Shown: positions 1 to 13,189 of the stretch, piece after piece
Position numbering within the stretch: position 1 is the stretch's first letter
How the letters are laid out: each line of letters starts with the position of its first letter
Assembly (NCBI RefSeq): GCF_030684315.1
Contig: NC_081391.1
Location: forward strand, 6,738,178-6,802,177
Direction of reading: 5' to 3'
Length of the DNA stretch: 64,000 nt
DNA from: Stegostoma tigrinum
Taxonomy: Eukaryota
Notes under the pieces: generated by a model
Told to the model about the DNA's origin: nothing
What the model saw: only the letters and a program-made list of their open reading frames with translations
Databases searched by the model: none
Made by a program: the position numbers and the translations under genes

Positions 1-1294
1 TATTCCAGCTGTTGGTGAGATTGAACCACATTTTTGTGTAGACTAGGAGACTGGCAGCATTGATAAATGGGGATGTTTTGTTTGGTGCAGTGTGAAATGC
101 TTTGAATTTGGGACTTGACTCGTGAGACTTTGCTGTTTGTGTATCACTGTCTTACCTGATGAGGGAGCAGTTAACGCTAATGTTGGTACTTGTAATATTC
201 CTCACTCTGGAAGCAAATATTCAGACAAGGGTTTGGATAAATTGGCAACCTTGAACTCCAAGCATTTGCTCTGAAAGTGAGCCAGAGACCTGGGAAGGAA
301 CTATGAAGTGTTTGGGCACACTTGATGGATTGTTTGTGGAAGGGTACCAATGCAGGAGTTTAATTGTTTTGTACATAGTGTATTTTAGTGTGTGGGTGTA
401 TGCACAGGAAATGTGTGCGCAAGGATATTTAACACAATTGTTGGGGGGTGTGGGGACGAGTGAGAGGAAGTCAGCAACTTTACCCAGTTGCATTGTTATT
501 TGAGTTGATGTTAATGACTGGAGTGTCCTGGCACTTCTCCGCCCACATTGTGAGAAATCGTGCTTTGAATTGTAGGTTTGGCTGCTGTTTGAAATTGGGC
601 CTTTGCCAGCTGGTGAGTTTCCACTGCGTTTGCTGCCAGATTCACTCAGGAGATGAGGGTTTTGGGTGATGTGGGAGCAGCATAAGCCTGGGGAGGAGAA
701 AATAGAGAATCAGAGGATATTTTAAAAAAAGTCCAAAGTTTGATTTACTGTAACTTAAATTAACAAAAACTGATTCAGCCAGTTTGTACCTACAGTCTTA
801 AGAACTTCAAAGGTTGATTAATAAAGCCAGCGGAACCGAGCCTGTCTTTGGTAGCTCATTTGTGGGAGTCCTTGTTATTAGTCATTTCAAAATTATATCT
901 TGTGTAGAAGTGAATGTAATTTAAAAATAACTTCCCATGCAACATTATTTGTTTAAAATTTACTGACTGACCAGAACCAGACAACTAACTCTGCTCCAAG
1001 GATGCTTAGAAATATGTCATGTTGACTCTAAATGTGGAATCTCTCGTGTGGGATAAACTAGCTGACAACGGTGGAAAATGGAGGTGCCTGTGGACTGATG
1101 TACTTTTGACGATTGATGGCAACCATGAATTGGTGACAGGTGCCCAAATGGCAAACAACTACTCCTAATGCTCAATTGGCACTTAACGTGGGGCACTTGT
1201 AGCAGCACCTACTTATCTCAGATCAGTCTCTTCAGCTGTCAGTAGAAGTGCACAATATGAACCCATGCCGCTCCCACATGATTCGCATCTCTAT

Positions 1295-2085
1295 CACATC
1301 ACCGCTTGCAGATGACGCAAAAATTGGCTGTGCAGTTGATAATGAAGAGGATAGCTTTTGACTGCTGGGTGGCATTAATTGTATTTAATTCTGAGGCTAT
1401 GCGCTGGGGAAGGGCAAACAAAGCAAGGGAGTACGTGATAAATGGGAGGATATTGCAAGGCTTAGAAGACGTAAGAGATCTTGCAGTGCATGTCCACATG
1501 TCCTTGAATGGTGTAAAGCTGGTAGATAAGTTAGTAAGACAGGCAATCTGAGCTGCTTTCCTTCATTGGTAAGGTAAAAAAGACACCTGAGTTTTTGTAC
1601 AGTTCTGGTCAACCCTTTACAGGAACGGCATAATTGCTGTGAGCAAATGTTACAAGCTTGTTGGCTTGTAAATTGCAGCTATGAGGATAGATTGGATAAG
1701 TTGAGGTTGTTTTCTTCAGAAGAGATGAGACTAAGAGATAATTAGATTGCGATCTTCAAGGTAATGTGGAGCTTGGATAGAGTAAGGGATACATTTTGCT
1801 GTCCAGCCAAAAGGTCTATTATCAGGGGACAGATTTGAGTTAATTGGCAGAAGGGTTACAAGAGACATGGAAAGCATTTTTACCCAGAGTGGTAAGTTTG
1901 TGGAATTCACTGCTCATTGTGGTGACTGAGATGGAAACCCTTAACACAGTTAAAGGAACCGGATCTACATCCAAAGTACTGTAGCCTGCAAGGTTTTGGA
2001 CTGGTGCTGGAAAGTTGAATTATAACGATGAGCTAGTTTATTCAGATGCTGCAGACATGATGGGCAAATGGTTGCTGTGTGCTGC
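1295..2085 (+). mobile_element. Degenerate CR1 LINE 3' fragment
   Basis: ttgcagatgacgcaaaaattggc (ADDAKIG RT motif), VQFWS motif and CR1-type 3' end. Confidence 0.8.
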
Positions 2086-2216
2086 TTAGATGGAGGAAAA
2101 GATGTTGATGATTTGCTGTTAGGTTAGTAGAACAATGAGTGCAGCTGAATGTGCTTTGGAAAGCTGAAGTCGTATTCTTTCGTTAGAGTCTCGGGGACAG
2201 AAAACTGTTAGGCTCA

Positions 2217-2372
2217 GACATAATGGGAACTGCAGATGCTGGAGAATCAGAGATAACAGTGTGGAGCTGGATGAGCACAGCAGGCCAAGCAGCATCTCAG
2301 GAGCACAAAAGCTGACGTTTCAATCCTAGACCCTTCATAGAAAAGGGTCGTCTGAAGGGTCTAGGCCCAAAA
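2217..2372. mobile_element. Short fold-back Penelope-like terminus (family A)
   Basis: Matches the terminus of the 5406-6698 element; ctagacccttca...tgaagggtctag is inverted. Confidence 0.75.
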
Positions 2373-3416
2373 TTAAGGTTAACTTCCATTTGGTATTTGA
2401 GTACAGTGGTTGATCACGAACTTGAACTTGCTGTCAGGCTTTTTGTCACACTACGTATTAATAGTTGCAGTATTTCCTCAATGTGTGGTGTTGGGTTCTT
2501 GTCTAGCTGATGTGGTCAGTAACTACACGTGACAATTTTTGACTGAACTATCAAGTCCACTGCAGATGGGGATTTTATAGGCTTGTGTGTTGTAAACTGC
2601 TGTGCCAACATTTCCTGATGTTTATTTTCCTTGTGTCAAGTTGCCATGGAGTTGTAAGCTCTAATTAATAGCTGGCTGTGAGAACTAACTTGCCTATCCT
2701 AAATTGTACAGCAGTGTGTAAAAGCTGTTCAGATTGTAGATATTCACTGAGTGCTAACATTATTTGAAGCTTATGGTTAGTGCCTGTGATTGTCAGAGAA
2801 TTATAGTTAGAAATCCAAACCACTTTGGGCTTGCCCTTGGTGATGAGTAGAGAGCAAGCACATTTTAAATTTTACCACAGTTCTTCTGAGCCCCAAGCCT
2901 ATGAAGTCTCAATAGCAGAACTGTTGTCACTTGTCATTGGAGCTGTGTTGCTGTTGTCAGTAAAGATGTCAATACAGTCAACATCAGTGAGGTATGATCA
3001 CATGGCCAGAGTGTGCTGAGTGACAGTTCTGTATGAAGCCTTGTTCAATAAAATGTAATGTTTGTCGACCACTTAGCCTCCTGCAGCCTTATTGATTGCA
3101 GTGAAGGGTACAAAGTCCACCAAGATCCATGACAGTGATGAGTCAGAAGTTATTTCCTTCCTGTACAGTTAACATGTCTTTCTTGCCTCTACTCCATCTC
3201 TCCTGTAATGTTCTATTTCTGAAAGAGACCAAAAGACTTGACTTGCTAGGTTCCTGGACTGATTGTCTGAACAGGCAAGCCTGTTGTCTGTCAGCAAACA
3301 TCGCCTATGCTTCACTCCCTTGTTCACCTATTTGAATGCCCCACTGCCAGATTGCAGTTCTCCATTCTGGTGCTATTCTGGGCTTTAACCCCTGAACAAA
3401 CATGTCTTGTACTTAA

Positions 3417-3498
3417 GACAACAAAGTGTGGGGCTGGATGAACACATGCCAGCATCAAGCAGCATCTGAGGATCACAAAAGCTGACGTTTTGGGCTTG
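3417..3498 (-). mobile_element. Penelope-like terminus fragment (family A)
   Basis: gctggatgaacac...aaaagctgacgttttggg; tgtacttaa occurs on both sides (3408-3416, 3499-3507). Confidence 0.7.
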
Positions 3499-3919
3499 TG
3501 TACTTAACCCCAGTTTTTCTCTGTGTTTGCTTTTGGCATTATAGTGTTTCCTTCCCATTCTGCTGGCTGCTTTAGTGGAAGGAGGGCAAGTGACTGATAC
3601 GCAAGCAGTCATACTTGATCCTATCTGGGGCTGGCAAAGTGTGGTAGAACCTGGGGTCAAGTAAGCTCGCCTTTAACTGAAGTAGTAAAGGGTAAAGGGG
3701 TCTGAGGACCAGGACGCGATAGGGCTGAGTACTTTAAGACTACAATGTGGTTAGATGCAGAGTGAGTGGAAACTGGGGTGCTGGATGGAGTGGGGTCAAA
3801 ATTTTGGTGGTTACAGGGATATTGGCAAAGATAATATGGCTGAAATATGCAATTTCTGTGTAGTTAACAATAGTGTAGTAACCCATAATATACTTTGTGC
3901 AAACATGTTAAATCACCGG

Positions 3920-4087
3920 AAATAGACAATAGGTGCTGGAGTAGGCTATTCGGCCCTTCGAGCCAGCACCACCATTCATTATGATCATGGCTGATCATCC
4001 ACAATCAGTATCCTGTTCCTGCCTTATCCCCATAAACCCTTGATTCCACTGCCTTTAAGAGCTCTATCTATTTCTTTCTTGGAAGTA
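3920..4087 (-). mobile_element. CR1 LINE 3' end fragment
   Basis: ggagtaggctattcggcccttcgagccagcaccaccattc...ccttatccccata is a typical reverse-complement CR1 3' UTR. Confidence 0.7.
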
Positions 4088-4242
4088 ATGCATGAGACTA
4101 TGAAGGAATGCCTGATACGGGGCAAGATGGTTGTTCTGTGGGTTTTCTAATTTTGATGAGCTTCGTTGAGTCTGCCACGTCAAACAGTTTAAAGGCTGCT
4201 TATGTTAATAATTAAGCTTCTGTTTGTTTTTTTAATATGTAG

Positions 4243-4309
4243 AATTCTCTTGGGAGCACAAATCCAAATAGAGTTCACTCAGACTAGCCCCTGAATCTTG
4301 TGCCCCAGG
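4243..4309 (+). other. Candidate short 5'UTR exon of MRTFA
   Basis: Acceptor ttctgtttgtttttttaatatgtAG, donor CAGG|GTAAGG, 67 nt, no ATG, non-repeat context. Splice signals are the only support. Confidence 0.25.
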
Positions 4310-4499
4310 GTAAGGAGGATAGCTTCCTGGCTATTAGCTGAAAAGTGCTGTGTAAATACTGATGCTCAAATCAGAATGAGCTTGGTCATACCAGCAGTGG
4401 GAATCAGACTCTGAAGACAGCCTTACAGGCCTTTGTGCACAAGGGCAAGATCACAGAAATTCAGGGTATGGGGATTATGGAAGAGTACTATTTACTTCA

Positions 4500-4800
4500 G
4501 GTGTATTGGGTGTTGCTTGTACAGCCAGCATTTATTGCTTTGACAGGGAGACCTGAACCGCAATCATGAGAGTGGCTTCGTGGGCCAACTGCGGGGCAGT
4601 TGAGAATCAACCACATTGCTGTGGGTCTGCAGTCACATGCAGGCTAGAAGGATATTCGTGAACCAGATGGATTTTTGTCAGCTAACCAAAAGTAATGTGC
4701 TCCCATATTACCTTTACTAGCTTTTTAATCTAATTTATCAAATTAACTAGATTTAAATTCCCCAGCTGCCATGCTGGGATTTATATTCCTGCGTACAGGT
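4500..4800 (-). mobile_element. tRNA-derived SINE, same family as 22406-22736, degenerate
   Basis: agcatttattg...caaccacattgctgtgggtctgcagtcacatg...gtgaaccagatgg. Confidence 0.65.
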
Positions 4801-5405
4801 TGTTTAGAAACCTAATCACGAGCTGTCTTGTTTGTGTTGTGGTCCCTTCTGCCCCGTTGAGACAGACGTGGAGTGATTTAAGTGTACTTTAACTGAAGTT
4901 TGAGAAAACCCCGTTCAGGATTCTCAAAATCAGCATTGTTTTTTTTTCCATTTGGCCGCTCTGCTCTTCCGTGGGCGAAGTGCCTTCTCTCACTGACCAG
5001 TTAAAAATGATTCAAAGACATCCTTGCAATCCAGATCAATGAGTGAACAGCACTCTCCAGCATCCATTCATGGTTACATCATGGTAATTGCTGAGGGTTG
5101 CGCAGTGTGTGTGTATTTAATGAAGAACAAACATTCTTGGTGATCTGTACCTGACTGCTAGAGAGACGTAAACACGTACAGATGCAAAATCACAGCAAGA
5201 TCTGTTTGGCCTCTCCCAGGAGTCAGGGCTGCCACATTGTTCCAGCTTTGTGCTGCACAGAAAACGAAGATGGTGCTTCACATAGACAGAAGCCACAATC
5301 TGGTCCAAATATCAATTTCTACCAGATATCATTAACACTTGGAGCTTCTAATTAAAAGTCACACTCGTGGAGATTCCAGCAGATAAGCTATTCAGTGGCC
5401 TTCAG

Positions 5406-6698
5406 AGATGATGGGAACTGCAGATGTTGGAGAATCCAAGATAACAAAGTGTGAAGCTGGATGAACACAGCAGGCCAAGCAGCATCTCAGGAGCACAAAA
5501 GCTGACGTTTTGGGCATAGACCCTTCATCAGAAAAGGGGCATGGGGAGAGGATACTGAAATAAATAGGGAGAGAGGGGGAGGCAGACTGAAGATGGATAG
5601 AGGAGAAGATAGGTGGAGAGGAGAGTATGGGTGGGGAGGGGATAGGTCAAGGGGGCGGGATGAGGTTAGTAGGTAGGAAATGGAGGTGCGGCTTGAGGTG
5701 GGAGGAGGGGATAGGTGAGAGGAAGAACAGTTTAGGGAGGCGGGGACGAGCTGGGCTGGTTTTGGGATGCACTGGAGGGAGGGGAGATTTTGAAGCTTGT
5801 GAAATCCACATTGATACCACTGGGCTGCAGGGTTCCCAAGCAAAATATGAGTTGCTGTTCCTGCAACCTACGGGTGGCAGTGTTGTGGCACTGTAGGAGG
5901 CCCAGGATGGACGTGTTGTCTAAGGAATGGGAGGGGGAGTTGAAATGGTTCGCGACTGGGAGGTGCAGTTGTTTACTGCAAACCGAGCGTAGGTGTTCTG
6001 CAAAGCGGTCCCCAAGCCTCCTCTTGGTTTCCCCATTGTAGAGGAAGCCACACCGGGTATAGTGGATACAGTATACCACATTGGCAGATGTGCAGGTGAA
6101 CATCTGCTTGATGTGGAAAGTCATCTTGGGGCCTGGGGTGGGGGTGTGGGGGCAGGTGTGGCACTTCCTGTGGTTGCCGGGGAAAGTGCTGGGGCTGGAG
6201 GGCAGTGTGGAATGGACAAGGGAGTTGTGGAGAGAGTGGTCTCTCCGGAAGGCAGACAAGGGTGGAGTTGGAAAAATGTCTTTAGTGGTGGGGTTGGATT
6301 GTACTTGGCGGAAGCGTCAGAGGATGATGCGTTGTATCCAGAGATTGGTGGGGTGGTATGTGAGGACGAGGGGGATCCTCTTAGGGTGGTTATTGTGTGG
6401 GCGGGGTGTGAGGGATGAGTTGCGGGAAATGCGGGAGACACAGTCAAGGGTGTTCTTGACCACTGCGGGGGGGACGTTGCGGCCCTTGAAGAATGAGGAT
6501 GTCTGGGAAGTGTGGGAGTGGAATGCCTCATCCTGAGAGCAGATGCGGCGGAGGCGACGGAATTTGGAATAGGGGATGGAATTTTTGCATCTCCCCATCC
6601 CCCTTTTTCTGATGAAGGGTCTTGGCGCGAAACATCAGCTTTTGTGTTCCTAAGATGCTGCTTGGCCTACTGTGTTCATCCAGCCCCACACTTTGTTA
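5406..6698 (-). mobile_element. 5'-truncated Penelope-like element (RT thumb + GIY-YIG endonuclease) with inverted terminal pLTR and 14-bp TSD
   Basis: ORF pieces CKNSIPYSKFRRLRRICS and FTCTSANVVYCIHYTRCGFLYNGETKRRLGDRFAEH...PVANHF. Inverted repeat ~5440-5548 / 6590-6700. TSD tcagtggccttcag (5392-5405) / tcagtagccttcag (6699-6712). Confidence 0.92.
6606..6640 (+). ncRNA. Minimal hammerhead ribozyme motif, degenerate, in pLTR
   Basis: CTGATGA (6609-6615) - A GGGTC TT GGCGC - GAAA (6629-6632) - CATC. Confidence 0.55.
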
Positions 6699-7419
6699 TC
6701 AGTAGCCTTCAGTACGTTTTCACTTGCCTACAAGAAATGACTTGTTCCTACTATTGTACAAGTCTGATGAGCTGCTTTTGACTGAAGAGGATCGTTGGCT
6801 CAGTGCTTGTACTCTCTGGAGGTTAAACAGATTGCTAAATTACTGTTATATTTTGTCTCCTTCAGCCAACAGAAAATGGATTTCTTGGCATAAGTTTTCT
6901 TGCCCTAGTCATGTTTGGTTTATATGATGATATTTACTTTGATTTAAAGTTCTGAATTGTTTTGCTTTATTTAAGAAATTTTGAGTTTGCAGCAGATGTA
7001 TTCGTGTATTTTGAAGTTTACTGAGATTAAAACAATGTCTCATGTTTACCATAGATAAGTCTGTGATCACCACGCTTAAACATTTTGTTTGTGACCCATG
7101 TGTTTATTTTGTGAGCTATAAAATATTACCGTGAAATATGAAAAGATGCTGCACTAGTGTTGTAATGTCTGTCATCATTCTTGTTTGACTAAATATTTGT
7201 GGTGGAACTTGTGGATCTGATGTTAAAGAAGCAAGTGCAGTTGGTCCATCAATGTAGGAGAACGTACACAGAAATGTTTTTTGGCTTGTAGCCTCAAGGT
7301 GCTTTCCTGTGTGTGTGTGTGTATATCTTTGAATACAGTTGTTTGGCTTTACTGTGCTGTCTTACTAACTGTGGCACCTTCAGGGTTTAAGTGGTTAGAT
7401 CAGATCCTAGCACAGATTG

Positions 7420-7518
7420 CAACAAAAACAAAGTTGCTGGAAAAGCTCAGCAGGTCTGCCAGCACCTGTGAAGAAAAAAACAATTAACATTTCGGGTCTG
7501 GTGACCCTTCCTCAGAGT
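7420..7518 (-). mobile_element. Mini Penelope-like terminus (family B) with hammerhead motif and ~13-bp TSD
   Basis: Minus strand reads CTGAGGA-A-GGGTC-acca-GACCC-GAAA-TGTT. Flanks ctagcacagattg (7407-7419) / cttgcacggattg (7519-7531). Confidence 0.75.
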
Positions 7519-8076
7519 CTTGCACGGATTGACTTTGTCCTTCTGCTTGTAGAGTGAACTTTTGCATCCATGTTTCTTTCCTTCCAAGTCTTGTGCCCAG
7601 TTGTTTGTTTGTTGTAAACATATGGCTTTGAATATTCTGTTAGTAATAATTTTGTACTTGAAACAAGAAACCTTTCATCCAAATGTTTGTGAAATGGGGC
7701 TTTCTCTTGCCGCAGTTGACATTCCGTTCAGCTGCTGATCTGAGGGTCTGCCTCCAATAGAAGACATTGATTTGAGTGTTCAACAGAGTAGAATATCTTG
7801 CCTAGTCTTTGCACATTTCAGATCTAAAGAAAACTAACTCTGAACACAGCTGCATGATTTCAAGAGGCTTTTGTAAAGAGGCGTGCAGGGTGGAGATCAA
7901 TAGAAAGGAATTGTGGAGTGCGACAGTTTGACAACTGAATTGGAGACACTGTAAGGTCAAAAATGCAATGTCAGACTAAAAGGAAGTGGAGAGCGTGGGG
8001 CTGGATAGAGTTGCACAGTTGGGGTAGGGTTTGAGCACATTAGGCGAGGTTTCAGAAGCTAATATGCTAGAAACAG

Positions 8077-8258
8077 ATAGCAAGAACTGCAAGTGCTGGA
8101 GTCAGTCAACATAGTGTGGAGCTGGAGGAACATAGTCGGTCAGGCAGTATCAGAGGGACAGGATGGCCGACATTTCAGGTCAGGACCCTTCAGAAAGTTC
8201 AGAAGGGTACCAACCTGAAACGGTGACTTTCCTGTTCCCCTGATGCTGCCTGAGCACC
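8077..8258. mobile_element. Fold-back mini Penelope-like element with 14-bp TSD
   Basis: Inverted tttcaggt..acccttc / gaagggt..acctgaaa. TSD tatgctagaaacag (8063-8076) / tatgctagatgcag (8259-8272). Confidence 0.75.
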
Positions 8259-8329
8259 TATGCTAGATGCAGGTTCAATGGAAGATAACAAAGCTGGAAT
8301 TGGATTCAGAAGACAAACTGCTGTAATTG

Positions 8330-9200
8330 TTTTTGAGCTTGAACATATAGGAGGCATGGTTGGTAAGTTTGCAAATGACACCAAAATTGGTGGTACTCTG
8401 GACAGTGAAGGTTATCTAAGAATTCAAAGAGCTCCTGATCAATTGTATCAGTGGGTAGTGGATGGAGTTTACATTGGATAAATGCAAGGTATTGCATTTT
8501 GGTAATACAAACAGGTGCAGGACTTGTACGATTAATGGTAAGGCCCTGGGTAGTGCTGTAGAAGAGGGACCTGCATCACGGGCAGACAGGGTGGTTAAAA
8601 AAGTGTTTAGCACACTTGCCTTCATTGCTCAGACCTCTGAGTATAGGAGTTGGGATGTTCTGTTGATGTATAGCATGTTGGTGAGGACTGTTCTGGAATA
8701 CTGTGTCCAGTTCTGGTCACCCTGTTACAGGAATTGCATTATTAAGCAGGGGAGGGTTCAGAAAAGCTGTACCAGGATTTACCAGGAATGGAGGGTTTGA
8801 TAGAAAAATAGACTGAACAGGCTGGGGCTTTTCACTGGAGTGTAGGACGTCGAGGGGTGACCTTTATTGCGTGTCATTAAATCATGAAGGGGTCAGATAA
8901 GGTGAATGACAAGACTGTTTTCCCTATGGGGAAGTTCAAAACTAGCAGTCATATTTTTAAGGTGAGAGAAGAAAGATTTTAAAAGGAAGTGAGAGGCCAT
9001 TTCTTACAGTGGTTCATGTGTGCAATGAACTGCCTGAGGAAATGGCAGATGGAGATACAGTTATGACATTTAAAAGACATTTGAATAAGTATATGAATGG
9101 GAAAGATTTTGAGGGATATGGGCCAGTTTAGTTTGGGAATATGGTTGGTGTGGACAGGTTGGAATGAAAGGTCTATTTCCATGCTGTATGACTCAATGCT
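8330..9200 (+). mobile_element. CR1 LINE 3' fragment
   Basis: GKFANDTKIGG, DKCKVLHFG and LVRTVLEYCVQFWSP motifs plus 3' UTR. Confidence 0.9.
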
Positions 9201-9984
9201 TCTAGTCTTTAACCGCTCCTTTACCAGCTCTCACTTGTTTTCTAAACGTCTGCTAGGTTTTCACCCATTTGCAAGGACAAGCTTGGATCACCACTGCTTT
9301 CACCTTTTGTAGCTTTTCTGTGGGACTTTGACATTCTTGAAAGTTGAGGTGCAGTTTGTTGGGGATTTCAGCTTTATGGTTCAAGTAGTCAAAGAAGTTG
9401 ACGAGACAAGATATTTCTAATAGATTAGTCAGTAGATTAATATTATACAGGCAGTCCTCAAATGTTTAATTAAGGTAATCAATTCCATTACTTCATGCAG
9501 ACCGAAGCAACACACCTGACTCTAACTGACTGTTTTGATTTCCTTTTTGGATGTGAGCCTAATGTCAGCCTGTTGTTTTCCCATAATGGTGGTTAGTGAC
9601 TTTTAAATTTTTTTCCCAATCGCATCGCAGTCCTTGAAGACAAATGGTATCTGCCACTGGGAACTGCTGTGTTTTGAGCAAGTCCAGCCTGTCTTCTAAT
9701 GCAATTTATTAATCATACCACGTGTGTTCTAGTTGTTTTCCCTTGATCTGGGAGCAAGTAACCTCCTTTATTTCACTCAGATCTTTGGCATTTTCCTTTT
9801 TGTTCAATTACAAATTGTAGCTTTTGCTTCTAATTATACATGCTTTCTTTGGTTCTGCATTACCTCGGCCACAGTGACCCCCTTCACTTTTATTCTTGCA
9901 ATGTTTATAATGGGGTAATTTCTTCATTTAGCAATCTCTGACTTAGTAGAATGCTGATAGCTAGACTGTAAATACTTTTAAGTG

Positions 9985-10485
9985 ATAGTTACCTTCAAAT
10001 GAAGTAGTGTTCAATACACTGCACCCGATGTGGCCTACTCTACTTTGGAGAAACCAACTGCAGACTGGGCTACCCGTATGCTTTGTCGAACACCTCCAGC
10101 CAGTGCACAAGTAGGACTCTGACCTGTAGCCAGTCAGTTTAACACCCTGTTTTTCTCACATACACACTTGTCTGCCCTGTGTACGCTGCAATGCTCCAGT
10201 GATTCATATAGCAAACTGAGGGAACAACATCTCATCTTTACAACCTTCTGGACTCAATATTGAGTGTAACACCTTCAAATTGTGAAGCAACACCCATTCC
10301 TTCCCTTCCTTTTAGTTTTACTTATTGCATCCTCTGTCACCATGTCCTCTCTCTCCCCTCCCACTCCAGTGGGACTGTCTGTTCTTTCCAGTTTGGCACT
10401 TAGACACACTGTTGTCTTGCCATTCTCACGTACTGATCACTTAATTTGTGCTATTAGCACCTTTTGCCTTGGCTCTGATGAACAG
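9985..10485 (+). mobile_element. Degenerate Penelope-like 3' fragment (GIY-YIG)
   Basis: tgcacccgatgtggcctactctactttggagaaacc (CTRCGLLYFGET); ends at ctctgatgaa, a hammerhead 5' half. Confidence 0.7.
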
Positions 10486-10487
10486 AC

Positions 10488-10640
10488 ATACAGAACATAG
10501 AATAGTACAGCACAGTACAGGCCTTTCGGCCAACCATGTTGTGCCAAACTTTTACCCTAATACTAAGGTCTATCTAACCTCCACCCCTACCTTATACTAT
10601 CATTCATATGCCTACCTACCAGCTACTTAAATGCCCCTAA
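10488..10640 (-). mobile_element. CR1 3' end fragment
   Basis: agaacatagaatagtacagcacagtacaggcctttcggcc tail. Confidence 0.7.
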
Positions 10641-10922
10641 TCTTGAAATTTTAGCTTGCTGTCCCCCCTGCCCCTGCATGGGTGCTGCCTGACCTGCTGT
10701 GGATTCCTGCATCTGTAATGTTCAAAAACCTCCTTGAATTCATTCAGATTACTACTTCACTCATTTCAATGATCTTCAATTTTAGCTCTTCAAATTATAT
10801 TTTGAATTAAGAAGGATGTTAAATACAATCTGTCACTGTCCCCAAGAGGGTCCTGTTGCTCCTCACATGATGTCTAGGTCATTTACAAATACCCAGCTTA
10901 TGGTTAGCATCATTGCTTCTGT

Positions 10923-11015
10923 GGTGCTCCTGAGATGCTGCTTGGCCTGCTGTGTTCATCCAGCTCCACACTTTGTTATCTTGGATTCTCCAGCATCTGC
11001 AGCTCCCATTATCTT
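10923..11015 (+). mobile_element. Penelope-like terminus fragment (family A)
   Basis: Near-identical to 55175-55262. Confidence 0.75.
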
Positions 11016-11519
11016 TGCTTCTAGCCTTCCTGGCACTGAGATATGAAGTGCTCATTAGCTATACTTAGAAGTTGGCTCTAAAACTCAAGCATTATCTCCT
11101 TGTTTCTATGCCTACTCTTATACACTCTGTTCACTTCAGAGAAGAAGCTTTTTTGATCTAGCATCAGTCTCTTACCTTGATTTTATTGGATTGTTCAAAG
11201 AATGGGAACAGCCACTTGAGTATGTTCTGCACCACCACTCCATATATTGCTATCATTTAATGTTATCCTATCTATTAGGCATAAGAAGTCAGACACTTGT
11301 CCTTTCAAGCCACTTTGTCATTTCTGAAGTCTGAAACTAGATCATCATTTTAATGTTTAAACTTGAAAGAATCCTGACAAGTCTATGTAGTCTACTATAG
11401 TAATTCCAGGTTTAAGCAGTCTACCATCATAATTTAAACTCTTTTGCTTTTATTTTGATGATTTTGCACTGAAGCCCTTCCAAGGCTAGTATGTGTTTCC
11501 TCAAGGGTGGTCAGGTGAG

Positions 11520-11970
11520 TCACTGGTTAGCACTGCTGCCTCACATTGCCAGGGACCTGGGTTTGATTCCACCCTTGGGTGACTGTCTATGTGGAGTTGT
11601 CTATGTGCATGTTTTCCCTGTGTCTGAGTTCTGAGGAAGGATCACCGGGCCCAAAATGTTAACGATTTCTTTTCATTCACAGATGCTGCTAGACCTGCTG
11701 AGCTTTTTCAGCCAATTTTGTTTTTGTTCTCCCAGTATCTACGTGGGTTTCCCGTGGGTGCTTCAGTTTCCTCCCACAGTCCAAAGATGTGCAGTTTAGG
11801 CAGATTGGCGGTGTTAGATTTCCCATGGTGACCAAGGATATGCAGGTTAGCCATGGGAAATGCAGGGTTACAGGCTGTGGTAGGGAGTGTGTCTGGATGG
11901 TGTGCTATGTGGAGGGTGGGTGTGGATTCAGTGGGCTGAATGGTCTGCTTCCACGCTGGTATGGATTCTA
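11520..11970 (+). mobile_element. HE1-like V-SINE interrupted by a mini Penelope-like element (~11626-11727)
   Basis: tggttagcactgctgcctcac..ggacctgggtttgattcc tRNA head; gtgggtttcc..tttcctcccacagtccaaagatgtgcag V-domain; CR1-like tail. Insert carries ctgaggaaggatcaccgggcccaaaatgtt. Confidence 0.85.
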
Positions 11971-12594
11971 AGTGGTGTATTCCCCAAATTGCTGCCCTTC
12001 AGATATGGTCTAGTACAGCTGAAGTGCATCCCTTTTGAATTGCAGCTTCCTTGTGATAAAGGCCAATGGTACATTAGTATTCTTCATTACCTATTGTGCT
12101 CATGCATTAGTGATTCATGTATGTAGAGACATGTAAATCATTTGCTGTTCCAGAGCTCCAAGTCTCTCACCATTTTAAAAAATGCCCCGTTTGTCTTTTA
12201 GGTTCAAAGAATGCCTCAAACCTTCCCCTCACTCATCAACCTCTGTCTGACACATTTTGTTCAATCACTTACTGCATGTCTGTTTGCAACTTCATGTTCC
12301 CATCCAAAATAACATTGTATTTCTCTTAACCTGGTGCCATCTTTAAACTTAAATATGCAAAATGTCTCTTTGTTCAAGTCATTGATACAAATGTTGAAAA
12401 AACTGAGGACCTGTTGTCACATGCTTTTATCCCTGCTGCCTTGTCTCCTCTGCGCAAGAAATTTCCAACCCATGTTTAAAAGCTCCTTTCGTTCCCTTGC
12501 ATCTTGCTTTTAATAATCTTTCAACAATTGACTAAATTCAAGCTGTTTTCAAATAGCTCTTCAATTTTATTTGTTCTTGTACAGAGATTTGAAT

Positions 12595-12704
12595 GAAATA
12601 AATCAAAAAATACAGATGCTGGAAATGAGGAACAAAGACAGAGCAATTGCTGGGCCTGGCAACATCTGTAGACAGAGAGTCCAGTGACCCTCCCCCAGAA
12701 TGTT
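12595..12704 (-). mobile_element. Mini Penelope-like terminus with 13-bp TSD
   Basis: cagatgctggaaat...ggcaacatctgtagacagag..cagtgaccct. TSD cagagatttgaat (12582-12594) / cagaggtttgaat (12705-12717). Confidence 0.7.
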
Positions 12705-13189
12705 CAGAGGTTTGAATTTCTTGCTTCTTGGTTAGCAAGTGACAACTTGTATCAGTAGTACAATTGTGTTACAGAGTGGCACACTGGTCCTTCGTGGATA
12801 GCAAACCTTGGGAATCCAGTACCTTGGCACGCAACTGCCTTGTTGAAGTTCACTACTTAGCTGATTCATTGAAAGCGGATGATATTTTCTTAAAATTTCC
12901 TTTAACGTGTGGAAATGATATCAGGTTGTAGTTACCCTGGGAATTTCCTTTGCTCATTGAGGGACGTTTTTTCAGTTTTACAGTAAGCAGAACTGAAGCC
13001 ATCTAGCCTGCAAAAGCTGCAATAATTTAGTGTCTTGCAACTGCATTTTTAAATTGCTTTACACAGTTGTTATTTAATAGAAAAATTCCTTGGTCAGAAG
13101 TGGGGGTGTAGAGAAGGAACTGTGCAGACAGACTGACAACTCCCACGTCTTAGCTTAGTTTTGAAATTTATCTGTTGGCGGGGGGAGGG

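Noticed and set aside
5627-6781. Many overlapping + and - strand ORFs
   Set aside because: Alternative or antisense frames of the GC-rich Penelope-like element, not host genes.
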